From a bacterium (GTDB lineage: Bacteria; UBP6; UBA1177; G963667425), in the NCBI GenBank assembly GCA_963667425.1, contig OY763407.1, positions 2,081,142 through 2,145,141 on the forward strand: a DNA stretch of 64,000 bases, in the 5' to 3' direction. The notes below the pieces were generated by a model. That model did no database searches and had not been told where the DNA came from. It saw only the letters and a program-made list of their open reading frames with translations. Shown here one piece after another: positions 38,328 through 49,064 of the stretch (positions are counted from its first letter, which is position 1; each line of letters starts with the position of its first letter). Made by a program: the position numbers and the translations under genes.

Positions 38328-39169
38328 TCCGCCACCAGTGTAAGATTTATGTCTTTCGAAACAGCAGAATGGGTTAACGCTCCAACAGAAATAAAATCGA
38401 CATTCATTTCAGCAAGAACTTTTATTCTATCTTTTGTAATTCCTCCTGAAACCTCCACAAGTGCTTTTGAATTAATCAGTTTTAAAGCACAGAGAACCTG
38501 TTCATTGTTCATATTATCAAGCATTACAACATCGGCTCCAACAGAAAGAGCCTCATTAACTTCATCCAAAGTCGTTGTTTCCACTTCTATTTTAAGAAGA
38601 TGATGAACAGAAGATCTAACACGCAGAACAGCATTTGTGATTCCACCTGCCGCTTGTATATGGTTATCTTTAATCAGTATGCCATCATCCAGGCTGAATC
38701 TATGATTAAACGAACCACCTATTTTTACAGCGTATTTTTCAAGCATTCTCCATCCAGGAGTTGTCTTTCTGGTGTCAACAATTCTTGTTTTGCTTTCTTT
38801 TGGAACCAGAGAAGCATATTCGGCAGATAAAGTGGCAATTCCTGAAAGACGCTGAAGAAAATTCAGAACAATTCTTTCGCCTCTTAAAATAGCTCTTGAT
38901 TTACCATAAACATTAGCAATAACAGAACCTTTTAAAACACAATCTCCATCTTTGTAAAAGATTTCCACTTTAATATCATCATCCAGTCTGGCAAAAATAT
39001 ATGGAATCAGTTCTGTGCCGCAAACTATAAGATCCTGTTTGGCTTTTATTATCCCTTTACCTTTAGAAACCTGTGCAACCGTTGCATCAGTAGTATAGTC
39101 TCCTCTTGCAGAATCTTCATCAAAAGCCATATTTAATATAGCATCATTAAGATAGAAAGGTTTTAACAT
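38324..39169 (-). CDS. nadC: Nicotinate-nucleotide pyrophosphorylase (quinolinate phosphoribosyltransferase)
   Basis: N-terminus NMAFDEDSARGDYTTDATV and a C-terminal TIM-barrel with the characteristic GGITKDRI motif. Confidence 0.9.
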   Translation of the reverse strand: MLKPFYLNDAILNMAFDEDSARGDYTTDATVAQVSKGKGIIKAKQDLIVCGTELIPYIFARLDDDIKVEIFYKDGDCVLKGSVIANVYGKSRAILRGERIVLNFLQRLSGIATLSAEYASLVPKESKTRIVDTRKTTPGWRMLEKYAVKIGGSFNHRFSLDDGILIKDNHIQAAGGITNAVLRVRSSVHHLLKIEVETTTLDEVNEALSVGADVVMLDNMNNEQVLCALKLINSKALVEVSGGITKDRIKVLAEMNVDFISVGALTHSAVSKDINLTLVAE

Positions 39170-39303
39170 GTGAAATCCTTAAAAGAATATAAAACAACAA
39201 ATCACCGCCGGAGTTTATTATATTTTGCTTTAATTTTCCATTAAATTTGTAAGAGAATCAAAAAGATAAGAGCTTTTTTAATATATTTTAATTATTTAAT
39301 CTT

Positions 39304-42297
39304 TTATGGAATATAATCTATCATATCAAAGTCATCTAAAGAACCTCTATGGCTCTCTCTTTCATAACCACGATTTGAAGCGAGTTTAAATTTTGAAACA
39401 GAACCAAGAAGTTCGGTAGCCTGAGAAGAAAGTTCTTCTGCTGCAGCTGCACTCTCTTCTGCCGCAGCGGTATTTGACTGTGTTACTCTTTCAACCTGAT
39501 CAAGAGCCAGGTTTATCTGAGCAACACCCTGAGACTGTTCATTTGAAGCAAGAGAAATTTCTTTTGCCACTTTAGATATTTTGTCAATACCACCAATAAT
39601 ATCCTTAAGAATATCAGAGGTCTTAGAAGAAATTTCACTTCCGGAAGAAGCATGAGCAACAGCTTCTTCAATTATAGATTCTGTTTCTTTTGCAGCCTTT
39701 GCACTTCTGGCGGCAAGATTTCGAACTTCCTCTGCAACAACAGCAAAACCTTTTCCATGAATACCTGCCCTAGCAGCTTCAACTGCTGCATTAAGTGCAA
39801 GAAGATTGGTCTGGAAAGCAATTTCATCAATAACTTTTATAATTTTTGCAATATTTTTACTTGACTCAGATATTTTTCCCATTGAATCCAGAAGTTCATT
39901 CATACTATGGTTTCCTTTTTCAGCATTTCTCATAGTATTGTCAGACATATCGCTAACTTCTTTAGAATTTTCGGCATTACTTGATGTTTGAGATGCGATT
40001 TCATGCATTGAGCTGGTAATTTCTTCAAGACTTGATGCCTGATCGGATGCACCCTGAGAAAGACTCTGTGAAGCATTAGAAACCTGTGATGCTGCATTGT
40101 TGACCTGTGATGCTGCCTCAAAAACACCTGAAAGCACCTGATTTAATGAGTTAATAGTTCCATTAAGATTCTTTTCTATCACCATAAACTGCTTATGAAC
40201 TTCTCTAATATCGGAATCTCCATCTTCAACTGCATAAGATCCACTTAAATCACCCTCTGAAAGCTGAGATAGTATTGCTGTTATTTTATTTATCTCCGAT
40301 TCCTGAAAATTGCTGATTTTTTCAGTTTTTCTCATAGCCCTTTTAAGCTCAGTTCTTTCTTCCAGAATTTCAAAAACAGCTTCAATTTTACCATTTTTAG
40401 AAATAGGAATACCATAGTAATGAAAATCCCTTTCCTCTCCGCCAATATCAAGTATCATATCCTTGGAATTTGCACTTCCTGATTCAAATGCTTCTTTTAC
40501 AGCACAGTTGCCGCATGTTTCTATTTTAAATTTTTCATTATACTGTTTACCAAGTAAAAGCTTTTCAGAAAGACCAGCTACACTTTGTGTCGCCTTATTT
40601 ATAAAAAGAATTTTCATAGAATTATCAAGCATCAGAAGAGGAAGAGGAATTGAATCTAAAATCATTCTGTAAGAATCTGCAATATGATTCATACCTTCCA
40701 TAACGTTTTTCCAGTCGCCGGTAAATTTAGAAGAATCAAGCCTGAATGCAAGTCTTCCTGTCTCAACATTTTCTTTGAGTTCATTAATATTTGAAAGAAC
40801 ATCTTTTATATTATTAATACTTCTATTTAAACTTTCCTGAATTATTTTATAATCTCCTTTCACATTTTCTGTCGAAATACCTGGAAGATTACCAACAGAA
40901 ATACTATTAAGATTTTCTGTAAGATTTTTAAGAGGAAGATAAAGGGATCTCTTGAGTTCATTTACATTTGAAACCATAATTGCCCAGTTTCCTTTAAACC
41001 TGGAAGCATCAAGTTCTGATTTTAAAATTCCATTCTCTATATCATTTGCAACCGTTTTGATTGCCGATGAGAAATCTTTGAGAATAGTATTGAAATTATT
41101 TATATTATTTTCAACATCTTTAAAGCTTCCCTTGTAGTTTTTATTTATATTGTCCTGAGAAATTCCGGCAGCTGTTTTATTAATAAAAGCACTCATAACA
41201 TCTATAGGATCTGTAAAATTCTCTATTATGTTGTTAATTCCCTGAAGAATATACTGAAATTCATAAGGGAATTTTTCAACATCACATCTTTTATCCAAAA
41301 CGCCATCAGAAACAGAAGTGCTTATAAACGCTATCTCTTTACCAACATTTTTAAAAACTCTCAAAATAGTTAAAACAAGAATATATATTACTACAAAAAT
41401 AACAGTCATTGCAGCATAAAGAAGGGTGAAAGCCGTTCCTGTAAGCATAGAACTTTTTTTTGCAACATCTTCATGAAATAAAGCACCGGCAATAACAAAA
41501 CCTCCGTTTTCCATGCTTTTAACATGCCACTGGTCTTTTAAATTATCTTTATTTTTTAGAACTTCATTAACCTTTTCTTCAGTAACATTAGAAGAAAAAG
41601 CCAAAGGGTTTCCTTTATAATTTATTGTAATAAAACCATGTTCCATTATAGTTACACTTTTTATTAGCTTAAAAAGTGCTTCCAAGCCATCGAGCTTATA
41701 ACCGGCATAAAGCGCGCCTACTATTTCTCCTGAGCTATTTTTAACCGGCTCATATCCTGCAAAATATAAATTCCCTAAAATATCTATCATTCCATAAAAC
41801 GGAGTACCGTTCATCAAATTTTTATAAGCTTCGCCATTTGTAGCCAAAGGTGTTCCTACAGCACGACTTCCATCTTCTTTCATAACAGAAGTTTCTGTTC
41901 TTATAAAATCGCTTCCTCTTTTAGTAAAAATTGTCATTGAATTTTTAAAAACACCTGAAAAATCATCAATAATTGAACGTTGTTTTAAATCATCAAGTGT
42001 TCCATAGTAAAGAGTATTTTCTTTAACATTGGCATCTCCACTGATAATAAGACCTTTTCTAAGAGATTTTATAGCTGTCTGAGTACGCTGAAGATAAAGG
42101 TTCTGTATAATATCTATTTCATTCTGCATTCTGGTTATTTCAGAATCAACCTGATCTTTGGAGTTCTGTTCCACATAATCACCAACTTGTTTATTTGCAA
42201 TCGACATAATGACAGCCATAGCTATAAAAGCCACAACAAAAGTAACAATCATTTTGTGATTTGATTTAAAATTAAATTTTGCCATAAAATGCCTCAA
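39304..42297 (-). CDS. Methyl-accepting chemotaxis protein (Cache-like periplasmic domain, multiple HAMP, PAS, MA domain)
   Basis: 997 aa with TM1, a periplasmic double-Cache-like region and TM2. It has repeated HAMP-like segments, a PAS-like region with Cys residues, and a highly conserved MCP signalling domain (AAEETSSQA...[13 protein letters not shown]). Confidence 0.9.
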   Translation of the reverse strand: MRHFMAKFNFKSNHKMIVTFVVAFIAMAVIMSIANKQVGDYVEQNSKDQVDSEITRMQNEIDIIQNLYLQRTQTAIKSLRKGLIISGDANVKENTLYYGTLDDLKQRSIIDDFSGVFKNSMTIFTKRGSDFIRTETSVMKEDGSRAVGTPLATNGEAYKNLMNGTPFYGMIDILGNLYFAGYEPVKNSSGEIVGALYAGYKLDGLEALFKLIKSVTIMEHGFITINYKGNPLAFSSNVTEEKVNEVLKNKDNLKDQWHVKSMENGGFVIAGALFHEDVAKKSSMLTGTAFTLLYAAMTVIFVVIYILVLTILRVFKNVGKEIAFISTSVSDGVLDKRCDVEKFPYEFQYILQGINNIIENFTDPIDVMSAFINKTAAGISQDNINKNYKGSFKDVENNINNFNTILKDFSSAIKTVANDIENGILKSELDASRFKGNWAIMVSNVNELKRSLYLPLKNLTENLNSISVGNLPGISTENVKGDYKIIQESLNRSINNIKDVLSNINELKENVETGRLAFRLDSSKFTGDWKNVMEGMNHIADSYRMILDSIPLPLLMLDNSMKILFINKATQSVAGLSEKLLLGKQYNEKFKIETCGNCAVKEAFESGSANSKDMILDIGGEERDFHYYGIPISKNGKIEAVFEILEERTELKRAMRKTEKISNFQESEINKITAILSQLSEGDLSGSYAVEDGDSDIREVHKQFMVIEKNLNGTINSLNQVLSGVFEAASQVNNAASQVSNASQSLSQGASDQASSLEEITSSMHEIASQTSSNAENSKEVSDMSDNTMRNAEKGNHSMNELLDSMGKISESSKNIAKIIKVIDEIAFQTNLLALNAAVEAARAGIHGKGFAVVAEEVRNLAARSAKAAKETESIIEEAVAHASSGSEISSKTSDILKDIIGGIDKISKVAKEISLASNEQSQGVAQINLALDQVERVTQSNTAAAEESAAAAEELSSQATELLGSVSKFKLASNRGYERESHRGSLDDFDMIDYIP

Positions 42298-42431
42298 AAA
42301 ATATTATAAAACCCATGTCAGTATAATTTATAAGAGTAATGACGTCAATTTATATGTTTTCTTTAAATAACAAAAAACTAACAAAAGAAATTGCAATAAG
42401 ATTTTAATAAAAAAGATACAAAAAAACCATC

Positions 42432-45092
42432 TCAATTTAACCCATCAAGACGCTCTTTTATATGGTTTATTTTTTCAAGAAATTCAGCATGTTTCTGCTT
42501 TTCTTTTTCAATTGCCTGAATAGCTGCATTTTCTATAAACTTGGGATTTTTAAGTTTATTGTCAGATTTTTCAAAATCAACTGCTATTCTTGCAAGCTCC
42601 TTTTTTAATCTTGTAATTTCTTCTGAGAAGTCAACTAAACCATGCAGAGGAATATATATTGTTCCTGAAGAAACTTTGCTGCTTGCAGTATTTTTATCAG
42701 GTTCATAATTTGTTCTGAATTCTATTTCAGAAACTCTTGCAAGTTTATTTAAATATTCTTTTCTCTCATCAACAATTGATTCGACATCTGAAGTCTCAAT
42801 TACAAAATATGCTTTTATTTCCTGAGAAGGTTTGATATTATTTTCACTTCTTATATTTCTAATGCTTTTTATTATTTCAAGAACTTTTTCAAAATTATCG
42901 GCATCTGTTTTAAAAGAAGGAATTGCGTTCTTTTCAGGGAAAGGAGTAATCATTATACTTTCATCCTTCCCATCAAAAGTGAAAGGAAGATGCTGCCAAA
43001 GTTCTTCTGTAACAAATGGCATAAACGGATGAAGAAGTTTAAGAGAAACATCAAGAACTTTTATTATAACTCTTCTTGCAACACTCTTTTCATCTTCATT
43101 ATCACCAAAAAAGGTTGGTTTTATAAGCTCTATATACCAGTCACAGAATTCGTGCCAGAAAAAATGATAAATCGCTGCAGCAGAATCATGAAGGCGGTAT
43201 TCTTCTATTCCCGATGTTACTTTTTCAACAGTCTCTTCAAGACGGGTTAAAATCCATTTATCAACAGGAGAAAAATTATCTTCAACATATTCCGATGGGT
43301 TGAACTCAAAAACTTTATCTTCGTCAAACTGCATTAAAGCAAACTTGGTTGCGTTATATATTTTATTTATGAAATTTCTGTACCCTGCAATCCAGTCTTT
43401 TGAAAGTTTAATATCCCTGGATTGAAGAGGAAGCATGGCGAGTGTAAATCTCAAAGCATCAGCACTGAATTCATCAGTTATTTCAAGAGGATCTATAACA
43501 TTGCCTTTGGTCTTACTCATTTTCTGACCTTTTTCATCTCTTACAAGACCGTGAAAGTAAACTGTTTTAAAGGGAATATCATCCATAAATTTAATTCCCA
43601 TCATTATCATTCTGGCAACCCAGAAGAAAATAATGTCAAAACCTGTTTCCATAACATCTGTTGGATAATATTTCATTAAATCCGGTGTTTTTTCAGGCCA
43701 TCCCATTGTTGAAAAAGGCCATAAACCAGAACTGAACCATGTATCAAGAACATCCGAATCCTGTTTTAAGTCTGAACTTCCACATTTAGTACATTTTAAA
43801 GGAGTTTCTCTTGAAACCACAACTTCACCGCAATCATGGCAGTACCATGCAGGAATCTGATGACCCCACCATAGCTGTCTTGAAATACACCAGTCTTTAA
43901 TATTGTTCATCCATTCAAAATATGTCTTTTTATGGTGCTCAGGAATCATTTTAATCTTTCCTGTCTCAACAGCTTCTATTGCAGGTTTTGCAAGTGGCTC
44001 TATCTTTACAAACCACTGTTTTGAAAGAATAGGTTCAACAACAGTTTTACATCTGTCACAATGACCTACACTATGTGAATAATCTTCTATTTTAGATATA
44101 AGACCAAGTGATGTCAGCTCTTCAACAATAACTTTTCTTGCTTCAAGAACATGAAGACCTTTAAATTTTCCGCCATTTTCATTAATATGACCAGTTTCAT
44201 CAATTACATTTATCTGCTCAAGATTGTGCCTTTTTCCTGTTGCAAAATCATTGAAATCATGCGCAGGAGTAACCTTAACAACCCCTGTTCCGAATTCCAT
44301 ATCAACAAGTTCGGCATCTCCGATTATTGGAATTTCTCTATTCATAAGCGGCAGCATTGCAAACTTACCAATAAGATGTGAATATCTTGGATCATCAGGA
44401 TGAACAGCAACTGCTGTATCACCAAGCATAGTTTCTGGGCGAGTAGTTGCTATTTCAAGCTTAATATCCAAATCTTTTACCGGATAGAGCAAATGCCATA
44501 AATTGCCAGGCTTATCCTGATAATCAACTTCAAGATCACTTATCGCCGTCTGACAACGAGGACACCAGTTAATGATATAGTTGTCACGATAAATAAGTTT
44601 TTCCTCATAAAGAGAGACAAAAACTTCCTTTACAGCTTTAGAAAGCCCCTCATCCATCGTAAATCTTTCTCTGGACCAATCAAGTGAAGTGCCAAGACAT
44701 CTTAACTGTTTAGTTATCCTACTTCCGTTTTTATGTTTCCATTCCCAAACTTTTTCAAGAAACTTTTCCCTTCCAAGATCATGTCGTGAGACACCTTCTT
44801 TAGCAAGCTCTCTTTCAACAACCATCTGAGTAGCTATTCCGGCATGATCAGTACCAGGAAGCCAAAGTACATCATAACCCTTCATTCTTTTATATCTTGA
44901 AAGAACATCCTGGACTACAGTCATTACAGAATGCCCTAAATGTAGCGAACCAGTAACATTTGGTGGAGGCAACACTATAGAATAGCCTGGTTTTCCACTT
45001 TCAGGATTAGCCTTAAAATAACCTTTACTTTCCCAAATCTCATACCATTTCGGCTCAGATTCAAGATGATTATAATGTTTGTCCAAAATCAT
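42432..45092 (-). CDS. valS: Valine--tRNA ligase
   Basis: HIGH (PPNVTGSLHLGH) and KMSKS (KMSKTKGN) motifs, editing domain, and C-terminal coiled coil. 886 aa. Confidence 0.95.
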   Translation of the reverse strand: MILDKHYNHLESEPKWYEIWESKGYFKANPESGKPGYSIVLPPPNVTGSLHLGHSVMTVVQDVLSRYKRMKGYDVLWLPGTDHAGIATQMVVERELAKEGVSRHDLGREKFLEKVWEWKHKNGSRITKQLRCLGTSLDWSRERFTMDEGLSKAVKEVFVSLYEEKLIYRDNYIINWCPRCQTAISDLEVDYQDKPGNLWHLLYPVKDLDIKLEIATTRPETMLGDTAVAVHPDDPRYSHLIGKFAMLPLMNREIPIIGDAELVDMEFGTGVVKVTPAHDFNDFATGKRHNLEQINVIDETGHINENGGKFKGLHVLEARKVIVEELTSLGLISKIEDYSHSVGHCDRCKTVVEPILSKQWFVKIEPLAKPAIEAVETGKIKMIPEHHKKTYFEWMNNIKDWCISRQLWWGHQIPAWYCHDCGEVVVSRETPLKCTKCGSSDLKQDSDVLDTWFSSGLWPFSTMGWPEKTPDLMKYYPTDVMETGFDIIFFWVARMIMMGIKFMDDIPFKTVYFHGLVRDEKGQKMSKTKGNVIDPLEITDEFSADALRFTLAMLPLQSRDIKLSKDWIAGYRNFINKIYNATKFALMQFDEDKVFEFNPSEYVEDNFSPVDKWILTRLEETVEKVTSGIEEYRLHDSAAAIYHFFWHEFCDWYIELIKPTFFGDNEDEKSVARRVIIKVLDVSLKLLHPFMPFVTEELWQHLPFTFDGKDESIMITPFPEKNAIPSFKTDADNFEKVLEIIKSIRNIRSENNIKPSQEIKAYFVIETSDVESIVDERKEYLNKLARVSEIEFRTNYEPDKNTASSKVSSGTIYIPLHGLVDFSEEITRLKKELARIAVDFEKSDNKLKNPKFIENAAIQAIEKEKQKHAEFLEKINHIKERLDGLN

Positions 45093-45271
45093 TGTTCATC
45101 AGCTCCAATTAGTATCACAAAAACACAGCATTATTATCGTTAGCCCTCTAAAAGTCAAAGGTTTTCTCTAATTAAATGCGTATGATAATAAATGAAATAG
45201 AGTTTATACTTGACATCAAAGGTCTCTTTTTGTAGTTTTCATACCGTTGTAACCAATTTAAAGAGGCTGTT

Positions 45272-45970
45272 TTGAAAAAAAAAGATTTAATTTTTCTGGG
45301 AATTTTTATTCTGCTTTTCCTTCCGTTCTTTATTTCAGAATCTGTTTTTAATTTTTATAAAGAATTCAACCATTCTCACGGAATGATAATGAGCTTCATC
45401 AAATTTGGAATTCTTGCAACAACAGGAGAAATCATAGGTCTCAGAATAAGAAGCGGCAACTATTTTGTTAAAGGTTTTGGAATAATTCCACGCGCTATAG
45501 TATGGGGATTCCTTGGACTTACAATAAACATGGCTTTTATAATTTTTGCAACCGGAACACCTGCTTTTCTGGAATACATGGGACTAACTGGAGCTGCATC
45601 TGCTTTTAAATCTGAGCATTTTTCTGTTTTACAGCTTTTTACAGCACTATGCACAAGCTCTGCAATGAATCTTATTTTTGCACCGGTAATGATGACAACC
45701 CATAAAGTTACCGATGAACACATAACCCGTATGGGCGGTTCCTTGATAAAATTTTTCCAACCAATAAAAGTAAGAGTAATATTTGGTTCCATTAACTGGG
45801 ACGTTATGTGGAACTTTGTTTTTAAAAAGACAATTCCGTTATTCTGGATACCAGCGCACACAATAACATTTATGCTACCATCAAATTATAGAGTTCTTAT
45901 GGCAGCTCTTTTAGGCATAGCTTTAGGCATAATACTTGCAATTGCATCAGTTAAAGGCGGTAGAAAATAA
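45272..45970 (+). CDS. Hypothetical polytopic membrane protein (TTG start)
   Basis: At least 5 predicted TM helices. AGAGG RBS. The 5' end carries an A9 tract. Confidence 0.45.
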   Translation: MKKKDLIFLGIFILLFLPFFISESVFNFYKEFNHSHGMIMSFIKFGILATTGEIIGLRIRSGNYFVKGFGIIPRAIVWGFLGLTINMAFIIFATGTPAFLEYMGLTGAASAFKSEHFSVLQLFTALCTSSAMNLIFAPVMMTTHKVTDEHITRMGGSLIKFFQPIKVRVIFGSINWDVMWNFVFKKTIPLFWIPAHTITFMLPSNYRVLMAALLGIALGIILAIASVKGGRK

Positions 45971-45973
45971 AAA

Positions 45974-45992
45974 GCCGGAGACTAGCTCCGGC
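45974..45992. terminator. Stem-loop GCCGGAG-ACTAG-CTCCGGC (possible bidirectional terminator)
   Basis: 7-bp GC-rich stem directly after the stop at 45970. The U-tract is on the minus-strand side and an A-tract on the plus side. Confidence 0.4.
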
Positions 45993-46084
45993 CGATATAG
46001 ATAAAATCTATAACATGGTAAAAGAAAAGAATAAAAAGAGCATAGCACCAAAATTGTTAGTCTATTGAATTCATCCACCCCCAA

Positions 46085-46189
46085 GGCGGCGATATGACGG
46101 TGAGTCATTGGTGTTGTGCTGAACGGGAATCCGTTATAAAAGAACTTTAGCTTAGAAAGTGCAATGACTCTCACTCACTCTTTTCGCTG
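46085..46189 (+). ncRNA. Candidate small structured RNA (class unassigned)
   Basis: A GC-rich island in an AT-rich intergenic region. Long-range pairing GGCGGCGA/TCGCTG, GGTGAG/CTCACT and GAGTCATTG/CAATGACTC encloses two small hairpins (AACGG-GAAT-CCGTT; CTTT-AGCTTAG-AAAG). The G-U pairs work only on the plus strand. Confidence 0.3.
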
Positions 46190-46441
46190 TATATATGAGC
46201 AAAAGAAATGCCAGAAACCAGACCAAAATAAAAAAACTTTTTATCACCATAAATCTAACCTGTTACAAATATTCTAAAAATTAACAACTTTAAAAAAGCC
46301 TTATCTCCAAAAACATAAGTTTACATAAGCACTGAAATTATGCAAAATCAAGTTTACACAATTCTTGTAGCTGTTTTTATTACAAAAAAAAATACAACTA
46401 AAAAAGTTTTACATATTTTTTACAAAATCTGCTTTTTTTGC

Positions 46442-46471
46442 TTTACAAAAAGATTTTTTTTCTGCTATAAT
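46442..46471 (+). promoter_or_regulatory. Putative sigma70 promoter (TTTACA-N18-TATAAT)
   Basis: Lies 25 nt upstream of the 46496 ORF. Preceded by several direct TTTACAA repeats. Confidence 0.4.
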
Positions 46472-46495
46472 TGAGCAAGGTATTTTTTATAAGGA

Positions 46496-46822
46496 ATGAT
46501 TATGATTATAAATCAGATATCATTAGATTTATTATCATTGGACTATGAGATAAAACCTGCTCATAAAATTTTCTTTCCTGAACAGTCAGAAACGATAAAA
46601 ATAGCTGTTGAGAATTATCAAAACAATCTTAAAAAAGAAGCTTCAGATCCTGATAAAATATTAAACTCAGTTGCTTTTTCAAATATTGAAGCAGCATCAT
46701 TAATGCCGGAAGACCTAAAGACTATATCTTCTCTGTTTAAAAAGATCGGAGAGCGCTCCTACATGGAAATGCAGGATGATTCCAGAAAAAAAATTGCAAC
46801 ATTCAAATCGCCCAATTCATAA
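46496..46822 (+). CDS. Hypothetical small protein (108 aa)
   Basis: ORF with an AAGGAA RBS and its own promoter. Confidence 0.4.
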   Translation: MIMIINQISLDLLSLDYEIKPAHKIFFPEQSETIKIAVENYQNNLKKEASDPDKILNSVAFSNIEAASLMPEDLKTISSLFKKIGERSYMEMQDDSRKKIATFKSPNS

Positions 46823-46825
46823 AAG

Positions 46826-48139
46826 CTAAAAAATCTTTCCTGGATTCATAAGAAAATATGGATCAAAAATTTTTCTTATCTCTTTCATTGTTTCAATTTC
46901 TTCTTTTTTCAGAAAATCTTTCAAGAACATTTTTCTTGTAATTCCCAGCCCGTGTTCACCTGAAGGGACACCTCCAGCAGTAATAACGTTTTTCATAATC
47001 CATTTCTGAAGCTCTAAAGCATCTTTTACAAAGTTATTGTCCACCATTAAATTTATATGAAGGTTCCCATCTCCCAAATGACCGAAAATGGATATTTTTA
47101 TATTTTTTTCTTCAGAAGCTTTTTCTTCCAGCAAAGAAACCAGCTCCGATACTTTGGAAAGAGGCACAACAATATCCTGAGAAATTTTCTTTTCACCAAG
47201 TTTATAGGAAATTTTTGAAAGTTTTTTTCTCACTTCCCAGATGTCGTCTTTATTTGTGCTTTTTAAATACCGATACTCTTTTAGATTAAGAGCCTTTTCT
47301 ATCTCTTTTTCAGATGCAGCTAAAGCTTCTTTTGTAAGTTCCTCAAGCATAATAAGCAGGATACTTTCTCTTTCTGATGTCACCAATTCCGCCGTTAAAG
47401 CGCTTATATATTCAAGGTTTGTCACAGGCAACTTTCTAAAAAAATTGAAATCTTCATAGCGTGGAGAATTAATTTTGATATAACTACGAAACTGAGGGTA
47501 AGGAATCAGTTTTACATAAGCTTTTTTAAGCACACCCAAAGTCCCTTCCGAACCTGAAAAAAGAGACGGAACAAAGTAACCTGAAGAATATTTTTGAACT
47601 GTTTTTCCAAAAGAAAGTTCTCTGCCATTTCCATCAATAATTTCAATTGCTTTTAAATAATCTCTTGTTGTTCCGTATTTTATTGATGAGGGACCGCCGG
47701 CATTTGTAAGAATATTTCCTCCAATTGTTGAATATTCAAAACTTGCAGGATCTGGCGGATAAAACAGCCCTTCTTTAACAACGGCTCTCTTTAAATCTCC
47801 ATTAATAACACCGGGTTCAACTTCAGCAATAAAATCATCAGAATGAACTGTTATTTGATTTAACCGCAATGTTGATATAATAACAGAATTTTCAGCAACA
47901 GACGCAGCAGCAGTGCTTGTTCCTGAACCTTTAACAGTCATTGGCACTTTATGAGCAACAAGAATTTTTACTGTCTCTGTAAGCTCTTCAATTGTTTTTG
48001 GAATAACTGAAAAATATGGTGTGGATTCTATTCCTGAGGGATCTGATAAAAATGCGGCAAAACCAGGAGTTGATGGTTTTACTACAGAAAAAGCTGATTT
48101 TTGAAGCTCCATGAATGCATTTTCTATATTGGAAAGCAT
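46826..48139 (-). CDS. FAD-linked oxidase (GlcD / D-lactate dehydrogenase-like FAD-binding oxidoreductase)
   Basis: FAD-binding PCMH-type N-terminal domain. The C-terminal FAD-oxidase_C motif (GGVPSGEHGLGITRK...FDPYFLMNPGKIF) is diagnostic. Confidence 0.8.
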   Translation of the reverse strand: MLSNIENAFMELQKSAFSVVKPSTPGFAAFLSDPSGIESTPYFSVIPKTIEELTETVKILVAHKVPMTVKGSGTSTAAASVAENSVIISTLRLNQITVHSDDFIAEVEPGVINGDLKRAVVKEGLFYPPDPASFEYSTIGGNILTNAGGPSSIKYGTTRDYLKAIEIIDGNGRELSFGKTVQKYSSGYFVPSLFSGSEGTLGVLKKAYVKLIPYPQFRSYIKINSPRYEDFNFFRKLPVTNLEYISALTAELVTSERESILLIMLEELTKEALAASEKEIEKALNLKEYRYLKSTNKDDIWEVRKKLSKISYKLGEKKISQDIVVPLSKVSELVSLLEEKASEEKNIKISIFGHLGDGNLHINLMVDNNFVKDALELQKWIMKNVITAGGVPSGEHGLGITRKMFLKDFLKKEEIETMKEIRKIFDPYFLMNPGKIF

Positions 48140-48149
48140 TTAATAACCT

Positions 48150-49064
48150 TTAAAAAAAAGTAATATCAGCAAAATTTCCGATTTTTGACATAACAACTGA
48201 AGTATACCATGATTCTGGAAGAAAAAAATCTCTTTCTCCATTAAAAAAAGCAATCTTTAACATTTCAGCAACAACCACCTGCCCAAGATTATCAGGATAA
48301 TCTGTTTTTACATCTGTCATTTGTGGGAGTCCTACTCTTATAACAGGAACAGAAAGTTTTTGAAGTGTATAATAAAGGCTGGCACTTCTTTCAATTATCT
48401 CTTTAGTGGAAAGCGTCCCTACTTCACCTTTTTTTACACGTGACTCTATCTTTGTATCAGGAAGCAGAACGAAAGGATAAATTCTAGCCTGATCAGGTAT
48501 ATTTTCCTCAAGCCTTGTCAAAGTTAAATCCAAATCCTCTTTCATTTCTTCAGGATAACCTGTTATAAATTGAAAAACTGTCTTTATTTCATTGTTCTTC
48601 AAAAGATTGTTGGCTTTTTTAATAGAATAGGCATCATTTCCTCTCTCCATTTTTAAAAGAAGATTATCAGAAAGAGTCTGAACTCCAAGCTCCACAACTT
48701 CAAACTTGTTTTCTTTCAAAAAGCTTACGATTTCAGGAGATATATAATCAGGTCTTGTGGAACATCTTAAAGAATGTATATCGCCGCTTTTAAGATAAGG
48801 TTTCACTTCGTCTATATAACTTGTCATTTCCTCAAAAGAAAGCCCCGTAAAACTTCCTCCAAAAAAGGACAGTTCAATTCTTTTTCTCTTTTTGGACCAC
48901 GACAAATATTCCTCTATTGTTTTTTTCACATCTGACGTTTTTGTACAATTAACTCCTGAAACTGTTTTCTGATTACAGAAAGCGCATTTAAAAGGACACC
49001 CTTTGTGAGTTATAAAAAGAGGAATAATTAAAGGTTTGCTGTCAGCTGTTACCGCTTTAAACAT
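48150..49064 (-). CDS. Radical SAM protein (TIGR01212/ELP3-like small family)
   Basis: CPFKCAFC gives a CxxxCxxC cluster near the N-terminus. About 300 aa. Confidence 0.65.
   Translation of the reverse strand: MFKAVTADSKPLIIPLFITHKGCPFKCAFCNQKTVSGVNCTKTSDVKKTIEEYLSWSKKRKRIELSFFGGSFTGLSFEEMTSYIDEVKPYLKSGDIHSLRCSTRPDYISPEIVSFLKENKFEVVELGVQTLSDNLLLKMERGNDAYSIKKANNLLKNNEIKTVFQFITGYPEEMKEDLDLTLTRLEENIPDQARIYPFVLLPDTKIESRVKKGEVGTLSTKEIIERSASLYYTLQKLSVPVIRVGLPQMTDVKTDYPDNLGQVVVAEMLKIAFFNGERDFFLPESWYTSVVMSKIGNFADITFF

Noticed and set aside
45093-45271. T-box leader upstream of valS
   Set aside because: No specifier-loop/antiterminator T-box consensus was found on the minus strand. Only a plausible TTGACT/-10 promoter is present.
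46085-46189. Assigning the GC-rich structured element to SRP (4.5S) RNA, a purine or TPP riboswitch, a T-box or tmRNA
   Set aside because: A partial resemblance to the 4.5S 3' strand (CCAAGGCGG...ATGACGG) was noticed. The conserved domain-IV GGAA tetraloop and AGCAGCC strand, purine-riboswitch junction residues, the TPP CUGAGA box, the T-box AGGGUGGNACCGCG and tmRNA tag/tRNA-like ends are all absent. The class is left unassigned.
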